NCBI GenBank assembly: GCA_963789955.1
Contig: CAWBMV010000001.1
Span: forward strand, 416,001 to 480,000
Direction: 5' to 3'
DNA: 64,000 bases
Source of the DNA: an uncultured Candidatus Rokubacteria bacterium
GTDB lineage: Bacteria > Methylomirabilota > Methylomirabilia > Rokubacteriales > CSP1-6
Of the stretch, positions 49,687-57,767 are shown piece by piece; the stretch's first letter is position 1; every line of letters begins with the position of its first letter. A program made the position numbers and the translations under genes. The notes under the pieces were generated by a model. It was given only the letters and a program-made list of their open reading frames with translations, made no database searches and was not told the DNA's origin.

Positions 49687-50575
49687 TTACTTTCGAATCC
49701 GGATCGCGGGGCCCTGGAGCGCCCGCACCGCCCAGCATCCCCAGCGCGCGCGTGTCACGCGGGCACGGATCTGCCGCGCGTGATCGAACGAGCGCGCGAT
49801 CCCGAACACGGTGAGCCCGCTTCCTGACATCACGAGCGCCCAGCGCCCCCGCTGCCAGGAGCGCGGCCTCCATCTGCTCGACTTCACGGTACCGCGCACT
49901 GGCGACTCGTTCCAGCGTGTTGCCGAGCCTCGCCGCGACACGAGCCGGCTGCCGGCTCCGAAGCGCCGCGGCCATCGCGCGCGCCTGGGCCCCGTCAGAA
50001 TACATCGAGGCCACGACCCCTCCGTAGATCTCCGCCGTGCTCGCCGCGACGCGCGGATTCACGAGCACAAGCGCCAGCGCCGAGCTGGCCAGCGGCTCGA
50101 GACGCTCGCCGCGTCCCGTGCCCATCGCGGCGCCGCCGTGCAGGAAGAACGGGACGTCCATCCCGAGCTTCACCGCCGCTTCGGCCAGTCGCGCGGCCGA
50201 CCACCCGAGCCCCCACAGCCGGTTCAACCCGACGAGCACCGCGGCTGCGTCGGTCGATCCACCACCGAGACCGGCCGCGACGGGGATTCGCTTGTCCAAG
50301 GTGATCTTCACTCCCCGGCTCATCCCCGCCATCTTCCGGAGAGTCAGCGCCGCCTTGAGCGCCAGGTTGGTCCCGTCCGTCGGAACGTCGGAAGCGGTCG
50401 TCCGGAGCTCGAGAACGTCCGCTTCTTCGAGCACCAGCTTGTCGGACAGATCCACGGCCTGCATGACCGTGGCGATTTCATGGTAGCCGTCGTCCCGCCG
50501 GCCAAGTACCTCGAGCGCGAGGTTCACTTTGGCCGCTGCGCTGAGCACGAGGCGACGGGGCTTCCCCGACCGCAT
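49687..50575 (-). CDS. ispE: 4-diphosphocytidyl-2-C-methyl-D-erythritol kinase; apparent frameshift near 49835
   Basis: AKVNLAL, DGYHE, IPVAAGLGGGSTDAA, DVPFF; MSGSG motif continues in ORF 49687..49941. Confidence 0.92.
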
Positions 50576-50614
50576 CGACAAGACATCGAACCATAGCACG
50601 GGCGACTGGGCCTT

Positions 50615-51382
50615 TCAACGGATGGGCTGTGTTTTCGCCCCTTTCGGGATCGTCAGGGTGAAGCGCTCGTCGTCGATTCCCTGGTTCTCGACCAGGTTCT
50701 GATAGCTCACGGAGCCGGTGATGTAGGACATCGCCGCGTCGAGATCGAATCCCATCAATGCGCCGGCGCCGTCGCGCCGGTATTTGATCAGCGCGTTGAA
50801 CCGGCTGCCGAAGATCTGACGCTGCTGGATCACGCCAGTCCCAAGATCGAGCCACACCCGCTGGCGGACGCCGGATCTGGTCACCAGATTCAGTGACGGC
50901 CCGGTCGCGTCCGGCTCCAGGACTTCGGCGCTCCGGAGGTCGCGCGGTGCCGCGAGTCGCCCGGCCAGCACCGAGACGAGGTCGTCGGCTTCCAGGGGTA
51001 GCCCGAGGACTTTCGAGATCGTTTCCGAATCGGCGGGGCCCACGCGTGCCTCGTTCTTCAGCGCGTCGTAGGCCGTCACCTGGCCCTCGTGCACGGTGAC
51101 GACCATGAGCGGCGGACCGAACGGCGAGAGGGCTTCGAAGCGGACCGAGCTCGGCGAGCGAATGAGGAGGACGCCTCGAAGACGCTGCCGATCGCCGCCC
51201 TTCCTCAGGGAGACATCGGCGAGCGTACGCATGTCCGTGAGCTCGCCATAGCGCTCGGCGAGCAGAGCGAGCGCTCGACGGACGTCGTCGCTGATCGGTT
51301 CTCGAGATGGTGCGGTGGCGCAGGCGGCGAGCAACGCCACCTGCAGGAAGAGGAGGAGGCTACTGAGAGGCCTTCGGGCCAC
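50615..51382 (-). CDS. LolA/LolB-like fold lipoprotein (in the lolB position)
   Basis: LLAAC lipobox, RFEALSPFG motif, beta-rich; between TPR gene and ispE. Confidence 0.7.
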   Translation of the reverse strand: MARRPLSSLLLFLQVALLAACATAPSREPISDDVRRALALLAERYGELTDMRTLADVSLRKGGDRQRLRGVLLIRSPSSVRFEALSPFGPPLMVVTVHEGQVTAYDALKNEARVGPADSETISKVLGLPLEADDLVSVLAGRLAAPRDLRSAEVLEPDATGPSLNLVTRSGVRQRVWLDLGTGVIQQRQIFGSRFNALIKYRRDGAGALMGFDLDAAMSYITGSVSYQNLVENQGIDDERFTLTIPKGAKTQPIR

Positions 51383-53531
51383 CCTTGACCCGGCGCTGGC
51401 GATCCTTGAGGTCATCGACCTTCTTTTTGACCCCTTCGGCGGCCGGATCGAGCTGGAGCGCCTTCTCCCATGCAGCGAGGGCGTCCTGGTCGTTACCGTT
51501 CTTGACCAGTGCGTCGCCCAGGTGCTCATAGATGACGGGGTCCGGCTCCTTGGTCTTCATGACCGCCCGCTTGAGCTCCTTCAGCGCCTCCGGATACTTG
51601 CCCTGCTGGTAGTACGCCCAACCGAGGCTGTCGATGAAGTAGCCGTTTTCGGGCTCGAGGTCGAGGGCCTTGCCGATCAGCTGGATCGCTTCGTCGAGAT
51701 TTTGGCCCTTCTCGGCGTACATGTAGCCCACGTAGTTGTAGGCCTCGGCGTTCTTGGGATCCAGCGAGATCACGCGCCGGAACGAGGTGACCGCGTCGTT
51801 GAACCGCGACTGCTTCTCGTAGACGACGCCGAGCTGGAAGTGCAGATCCTTCTGCTTGTCGTCGAGGCCCAGGCCTTCCTGGAGCGTCTCGGCCGCGCGG
51901 TCGTACTCCTTGGCGCGGTAGTACGCCGTCCCGAGGTAGAGGAACAGCTCGGGGCGCTTGGGCTCCATGTTGACGGCTTCGCGCAGGGTCGAGATCGCCT
52001 CGTCGAACCGCTTGGCCCGGCCGTAGAGGAAGCCCAGCTGAACACGCGCGTCGATCGACCGCGGGTCGGCTCGAAGGATCCGCTCGAGCTCGGCCTTGGC
52101 TTCGGCGTCGCGTCCCGCGTCCATATACGTGGTGGCGAGGAAGTAGCGAGCGCGGAGATTCGAGGGCTCGAGGGCGACGACCCGACGGAAGGACTCGATC
52201 GCCTTGTCCCACATCTTCTGCTCGTAGTACACGGCGCCGAGCTTCATCCACGCGCGCGGGTTCTGCGGCGTGGCTTCGGCGACTCCTTCGAGCTCGATCT
52301 GCGCCTCGGGCAGGCGGCCCAGGCGAATCAGGAGATCCGCGAGCTTATCGGCGAACGCGGGATTGTCGGGGTTGGCCTTGACGGCGCGGCGATAGACTTC
52401 GATCGCCTCTTCGTTCTTGTGCAGCGCCTCGCCGTAGACCGCGCCGAGAGCGCTCCACGCGCCGTCATGATCGGGATCGATCTCGACGGCGGCGCTCAGG
52501 CGCGCGATCGCCTCGTCCCAGTTTTCGGTCTCGATCGCGAGCCGCCCGAGGAGGAACTGGGCCTGCGCCAGCCGCGGCTGCTGCTCGACCAGTCGGAGCA
52601 GGACGGCCCGCGCCTTGTCGTAGTTCTTCTGCTCGACGTAGATGCGCGCCAGGGTGAGATACGGCTCCTCGGAGCTCGGGCTCAGCTGGATGCAGCGCTC
52701 GAGCTCGGCCTCGGCTTCGGGAATCTTTCGCTGCGCGCGCAGGAGCTCGGCCAGGGTCATGTGGGTCGAGACCTGGTCCGGGGCCAGCTCCACGGCCTTT
52801 CGCGCCGCGATCACGGCTTCGTCGAGGTTGTCGGCGCGCATGAGCAGCTGGGCGAGCTGGGTCCAGAGGGCCGCCGAATTGGGGTCGCGCTTGATCGCGG
52901 TCCTCATGTACGGGACGGCGTCCTTGAACCGGCCCGCCTGGATGTTCATCTGCGCGACGCTGTAGGCGTAGTACGCGTCGCCGCGAGGATCGGCGACCGC
53001 GACCCGGCGCGGCAGCTGGTCGTCGTTGGTGATCGTCGGGTCGTGCGCGCTGGCGCAGCTCGCCAGCACCGTCGCGAGGGCGAGCACGGTCAGCCCCGGC
53101 CACGCTTTCGTCATGAGACGGCGGGCCGCCGCCGCGACCCCGGCGTCCGGGATGGCCGCCGCCGCTTCGTCGATTTCCTTCAGCGCGCGCGTGTCGAGTG
53201 CCCGGGCGGGTTGCGCGCTGGGGCGGGCCGACGCATCGGGTTCGACCGTGCCCGCCACGAAGCGGAGCGAGCGAACGGCGTCGAAGCGGTCGTGGAGACG
53301 GCGCGTCAGCTCTTCGCTGCGAAGCGTCAGCTCGTGGAGCCAGGGGGAATTGTCGACCGCGACGGTGAGACATCCGTCGGCGAAGCTCCGGGCCTGGGCG
53401 CGGCGGGCCGCGTCGGCGCCCACCACGTGAGGCCAGGCCCGACGGATACGCTGCTCGAGAAGGCGATCTCGCAGGTCGGGGACCGCGGTGAGCAAGAGAT
53501 CAGCGACGGCGCGCGGCGGTCGACTGTCCAT
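51360..53531 (-). CDS. DUF721/DciA-like domain fused to lipobox-containing multi-TPR protein
   Basis: N-terminus WPHVVG...LTVAVDNSPWLHEL (DUF721-like); internal LALATVLASC; many TPRs including AYNYVGYMYAE, DSLGWAYY, EHLGD. Confidence 0.85.
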   Translation of the reverse strand: MDSRPPRAVADLLLTAVPDLRDRLLEQRIRRAWPHVVGADAARRAQARSFADGCLTVAVDNSPWLHELTLRSEELTRRLHDRFDAVRSLRFVAGTVEPDASARPSAQPARALDTRALKEIDEAAAAIPDAGVAAAARRLMTKAWPGLTVLALATVLASCASAHDPTITNDDQLPRRVAVADPRGDAYYAYSVAQMNIQAGRFKDAVPYMRTAIKRDPNSAALWTQLAQLLMRADNLDEAVIAARKAVELAPDQVSTHMTLAELLRAQRKIPEAEAELERCIQLSPSSEEPYLTLARIYVEQKNYDKARAVLLRLVEQQPRLAQAQFLLGRLAIETENWDEAIARLSAAVEIDPDHDGAWSALGAVYGEALHKNEEAIEVYRRAVKANPDNPAFADKLADLLIRLGRLPEAQIELEGVAEATPQNPRAWMKLGAVYYEQKMWDKAIESFRRVVALEPSNLRARYFLATTYMDAGRDAEAKAELERILRADPRSIDARVQLGFLYGRAKRFDEAISTLREAVNMEPKRPELFLYLGTAYYRAKEYDRAAETLQEGLGLDDKQKDLHFQLGVVYEKQSRFNDAVTSFRRVISLDPKNAEAYNYVGYMYAEKGQNLDEAIQLIGKALDLEPENGYFIDSLGWAYYQQGKYPEALKELKRAVMKTKEPDPVIYEHLGDALVKNGNDQDALAAWEKALQLDPAAEGVKKKVDDLKDRQRRVKGGPKASQ

Positions 53532-53604
53532 GCTTTCGTATCATACATCCTCAGTGTAGCGGGCCGCGAGAGCGGTTGAGAACCCTGATATAGTGGCGTC
53601 AATC

Positions 53605-54972
53605 ATGGCAAAACCGAGGCGTGGTGACGTCCTCGATTTGACGATCGACGACCTCGCATTCGGTGGCGAGGGGGTCGGTCGGGTCCAGGGCTACGTCCTC
53701 TTCGTCCGCGGCGCGGTCCCGGGCGACCGTGTGCGGGCCAGGATCGTCGAGGCGCGCTCGCGATTCGGGCGCGCGGTGATCGAGTCGCTCGAGACGCCCT
53801 CCCCGGACCGAGTCGAAGCCCCCTGCGCCTACTTCGGCCGCTGCGGCGGCTGCCGCCTCCAGCACCTTTCGTACGCCGCCCAGCTCAGGTTCAAGGAAAA
53901 GCAGGTGCGCGACTGCCTCGAGCGGATCGGCGGGCTCGGCGAGTTCGAGCTCCGGCCCATCCTGGCCGCCCCCGATCCGTACGGGTACCGCAACAAGATG
54001 GAGTTCACGGTCGTGCCGGGTGGTAACGGGCCCGAGATCGGGCTGCACCAGGCCGACCGCTACGACGTGGTCCTGGACATCGAGCGCTGTCATCTGCAGT
54101 CGGAGACGATGAACACGCTGCTCGGCGAGCTGCGCGCTCAGTCCCGCGCGCGCCGGCTCTCCGTCTACGATCAGGATTCGGGCGCCGGGCTCTTGCGCTT
54201 CGCGACCGTGCGCGAAGGGCGCCGCACCGGCGAGGCGATGGTGAACATCGTCGCGGCCGCGCCGGACGTCGAAACCCTGACGCCGGTCGCCGAGCAGCTG
54301 CGCGCGCGCGTCCCGGCGGTGGCCAGCGTGGTCCTGAACGTGAACGCGAAGAAGGCGTCGGTCGCCGTGGGGACGGAGGAGCACCTCCTGCTCGGGCGCG
54401 ATCACATCCGCGAATCACTGGGCGGGCTCACGTTTCAGGTGTCCGCGAGCTCGTTCTTCCAGACGAACACGGTGCAGGCCGAGCGGCTCTTCCAGGTGGT
54501 CGAGGCCGCGTGCGAGCTCGACGGCACCGAGACGGTCATGGATCTCTATTCGGGCACGGGCGCCATCAGCCTCCTGCTGGCCCGACGCAGCCGCTGGGTC
54601 TACGGCATCGAGGTGTCCTCGGCCGCCGTGGCGGACGCGGTGCGAAACGCGCGCGAGAACGGGATCGAGAACTGCACGTTCCTCCCCGGCGAGGTGCGTC
54701 ACGTCCTGCCGACCCTGATGCGCGACGGCGTGCGCGCCGACGTCGTCGTGGCCGATCCGCCGCGCGCCGGTTTCCATCCCAAGGCGCTCAACGCGCTGGC
54801 CACGCTCGGCCCGGCGCGGCTCGTGTACGTGTCGTGCAATCCGTCCACGCTCGCGCGCGACGTCGGCGACCTGGTTCGGCAGGGCTATCGACTGGAGTGG
54901 GTCGAGCCCGTCGACATGTTTCCGCAGACGCCGCACATCGAGGCCGTCGCCCGTCTCCGCCGGGCCTCATGA
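53605..54972 (+). CDS. rlmD: 23S rRNA (uracil-C5)-methyltransferase RlmD/TrmA family
   Basis: TRAM domain, C-x5-CGGC, YRNK, FFQTN, DPPRAG, YVSCNP, DMFPQTPHIE. Confidence 0.92.
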   Translation: MAKPRRGDVLDLTIDDLAFGGEGVGRVQGYVLFVRGAVPGDRVRARIVEARSRFGRAVIESLETPSPDRVEAPCAYFGRCGGCRLQHLSYAAQLRFKEKQVRDCLERIGGLGEFELRPILAAPDPYGYRNKMEFTVVPGGNGPEIGLHQADRYDVVLDIERCHLQSETMNTLLGELRAQSRARRLSVYDQDSGAGLLRFATVREGRRTGEAMVNIVAAAPDVETLTPVAEQLRARVPAVASVVLNVNAKKASVAVGTEEHLLLGRDHIRESLGGLTFQVSASSFFQTNTVQAERLFQVVEAACELDGTETVMDLYSGTGAISLLLARRSRWVYGIEVSSAAVADAVRNARENGIENCTFLPGEVRHVLPTLMRDGVRADVVVADPPRAGFHPKALNALATLGPARLVYVSCNPSTLARDVGDLVRQGYRLEWVEPVDMFPQTPHIEAVARLRRAS

Positions 54973-55886
54973 AGATCTTCCTGGCCCGCCGTCTGGCCCA
55001 GTCGCTGCTGGTCCTGCTCGGCGTCTCCTTCATCGTCTTCTTCATCCTGTATTTGACCGGCGACCCCGCGCTCGTGCTGCTGCCGCCTGATTCCTCCGAG
55101 GAGGACGTGCAGAAGTTCCGCCAGGCGATGGGCTTCAACGACCCGTTCATCGTCCAGTACGGCCGCTTCCTCGTCGGCGCGCTCCACGGAAACTTCGGGC
55201 AATCGGTGCGCCACGGCGAGCCGGCCTTCAACCTGGTCGTCGAGCGCATGCCCGCGACGTTCGAGCTCTCGGGCGCCGCGCTGCTGGTCGCGCTCTGCCT
55301 GGCGATCCCGGCGGGGATCGTCTCGGCCGTGAAGCGCAACACGATTCTCGACTACATCTCGACGGTGGTCGCGCTGCTCGGGCAGTCGATGCCGACGTTC
55401 TGGCTGGGGATCATGCTGATCCTGGTCTTCTCCGTTCAGTTCAATCTCTTACCGTCATCGGGCCGGGGCAACTTCCAGCACCTCGTCTTGCCGGCGATCA
55501 CGCTCGGGCTCTTCACGACTGCGCGCATCACGCGGCTCACCCGCTCGGGGATGCTCGAGGTGCTGAGCCAGGACTACATCCGCACGGCGCGTGCGAAGGG
55601 CGTGAGCGGTCCGCCGGTGGTCTGGAAGCACGCGCTCAAGAACGCGGCGATTCCGATCGTGACCATCGTGGGAATCGAGCTCGGCACCCTGCTCGGCGGC
55701 TCGGTCATCACGGAGACGATCTTCGCGTGGCCGGGAGTCGGTCGTCTGTCGGTGCAGGCCATCTACAACCGCGACTATCCGGTGGTGCAGGCGGCCGTGT
55801 TCCTGCTCTCGTCGACGTTCGTGCTCGTGAACCTGTTCGTCGACGTCCTCTATACGTACCTCGACCCGCGGATCCGACTCAGGTGA
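54969..55886 (+). CDS. Peptide/nickel ABC transporter permease (DppB-like)
   Basis: ATGA overlap; DYIRTARAKG, HALKNA, ETIFAWPGVG, DPRIR. Confidence 0.92.
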   Translation: MKIFLARRLAQSLLVLLGVSFIVFFILYLTGDPALVLLPPDSSEEDVQKFRQAMGFNDPFIVQYGRFLVGALHGNFGQSVRHGEPAFNLVVERMPATFELSGAALLVALCLAIPAGIVSAVKRNTILDYISTVVALLGQSMPTFWLGIMLILVFSVQFNLLPSSGRGNFQHLVLPAITLGLFTTARITRLTRSGMLEVLSQDYIRTARAKGVSGPPVVWKHALKNAAIPIVTIVGIELGTLLGGSVITETIFAWPGVGRLSVQAIYNRDYPVVQAAVFLLSSTFVLVNLFVDVLYTYLDPRIRLR

Positions 55887-56797
55887 GCGTTCCGATCAGC
55901 GCCCGCCCGATCGACCTGGCCGGCACTCGCAGTCCGGCCCGGCGGGAGTGGGTCGTGTTCGCCCGCCGGCTCGCGCGCCGGCGGACGGCGCTCTTCGGCC
56001 TGGTCGTCGTGACGGTCGTGGTCGTCGCGGCGCTCGGCGCGCCGTGGCTCGCCCAGTACGATCCGATCGAGCAGGACATCACGAACCGGCTGAGGCCGCC
56101 GGGCGCGCTCGACGCGGCCGGGCGCAGCCATCTCTTCGGCACCGATCACCTCGGTCGCGATCTCCTGGCCCGCATGATCTTCGGCGCGCGTCCGGCGCTG
56201 ATGGTCGGCTTCGCCGCCGTCGCGATCTCCGGCGTGCTCGGCATGGCCGTCGGACTGATCTCCGGCTACTTCGGCGGCCGGATCGACGACGTGTTCATGC
56301 GACTCGCCGATATTCAGCTGGCGTTTCCGTTCATCCTGCTCGCGATCGCGGTCATCGGCGTCCTCGGCCCGAGCCTGCCGGTCATCATCGTCGTCATCGG
56401 AGTCTCGAGCTGGGTCGTGTACGCCCGCGTGGTGCGCGGCGCCGTGCTGTCCTTGCGCGAGCGCGAGTTCGTCCAGGCGGCGCACGCGCTCGGAAGCCGC
56501 GACGGCCGTGTCCTCATCCGCCACATCCTTCCGAACGCCTTCACGCCGTGGCTCGTGGTCGCGACGCTCGACATGGCGCGCGTGATCGTGATCGAGTCGG
56601 CGCTGTCGTTCCTGGGGCTCGGCGTCCAGCCGCCGACGCCGACCTGGGGCGGGATGCTCGCCGACGGGCGCGTCTACATCTCGACGGCGTGGTGGCTCGC
56701 GACGTTCCCCGGCCTCGCGATCCTCGTCACCGTGCTTGGCATCAACCTCTTCGGTGACGGATTGCGGGATACGCTCGATCCTCGCCTCAAGCTCTAG
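55883..56797 (+). CDS. Peptide/nickel ABC transporter permease (DppC-like)
   Basis: GTGA overlap; FGTDHLGRD, EFVQAAHALG, LSFLGLG, GDGLRDTLDP. Confidence 0.92.
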   Translation: MSVPISARPIDLAGTRSPARREWVVFARRLARRRTALFGLVVVTVVVVAALGAPWLAQYDPIEQDITNRLRPPGALDAAGRSHLFGTDHLGRDLLARMIFGARPALMVGFAAVAISGVLGMAVGLISGYFGGRIDDVFMRLADIQLAFPFILLAIAVIGVLGPSLPVIIVVIGVSSWVVYARVVRGAVLSLREREFVQAAHALGSRDGRVLIRHILPNAFTPWLVVATLDMARVIVIESALSFLGLGVQPPTPTWGGMLADGRVYISTAWWLATFPGLAILVTVLGINLFGDGLRDTLDPRLKL

Positions 56798-56809
56798 CTC
56801 GCGTCGGAT

Positions 56810-56959
56810 CCGGGCGCGGGGGGCGGTGGGGCCGGGATGTCTGGCCCATCCCGACTGCTTCCATTCCGTTCTGTGGCGACACCACAAAGCTCGCGCCTGA
56901 GTGACGCTGCCTACACGGGATGGGCCAGACATCCCGGCCCCACCGCCCCCCGCGCCCGG
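56810..56959. repeat. 150-bp element with perfect 44-bp terminal inverted repeats
   Basis: CCGGGCGCGGGGGGCGGTGGGGCCGGGATGTCTGGCCCATCCCG (56810-56853) and its exact reverse complement (56916-56959) around a 62-bp spacer. Confidence 0.9.
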
Positions 56960-57088
56960 CCGTTGCGGTTGAGCTTGGGCGGGTCGAGCGTGCGCATGCC
57001 TAGCGCGCGTCGGAGGGTCACCTTGCTCGCGTTTCTTCGTGCTGTTCGCCTGCGCCGGCCCGTTGTCGGGCGGAGCTGGGCGTTCTTT

Positions 57089-57690
57089 CTAGGGGTTGGA
57101 GCTGGGGCGGTGGCGGGTGTAGAGGGTGCGGGCGAGGAGGAGGATGGCGGCGAGGGGGGATGTCAGCCAGAGGAGGCCGGAGGGGGTGTCGGTGAGGGTG
57201 TTGAGGATCGAGGAAGGCGATGCCGCCGAGGAGGGCGGTCCAGAGGAGAAGGGTGGTGGCGCGGTCGATCACTGTGCGCCAGCCGAGAGTGGCGACGAGC
57301 ATCGCCAGCGATGCACCGATGCCGTCGAGCGCGACGTCTATGGCGCTGGCGGTTCGAGAGGGGACGAAGGACTGACGGGTTTCGTCCACGATTGCCCAGA
57401 CCAGACTGATCGCGAACGCGATCGGCGCGGCCGAGCGCGAGGTGAGATGTCGGCCCCTCGCGAAGGCGCGATACCAGAGTGAGGCCAGCACCGCGTATTC
57501 GGTGAGATGGCCGCCCTTGCGCACGAGTCCGTGCATGGCTTCGATCTGGGTCGGCGTCGCCCATGAGGCGGTGAGACGCAGGAACGGGCACGAGCCAGTG
57601 CTCGGTGTGCTCGGCGCTTGCGATGTCCGAGGACAAGGTCACGATGATGGCCATCCAGAGGACCGGAGGCAGCCAGTGCTTGAGGGGCAC
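57089..57690 (-). CDS. VanZ family membrane protein; apparent frameshifts near 57582 and 57205
   Basis: WLPPVLWMAII..LSS, VRKGGHLTEYAVL, DETRQSFVPSRTAS..DV..D across three frames. Confidence 0.78.
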
Positions 57691-57767
57691 GCCGCAATGA
57701 TACAAAGAGCGTCCGGCGCGACCGATCTGAGGTAGAAGTCCGGACCCGCCGTGCTACAGTGGCCGCG

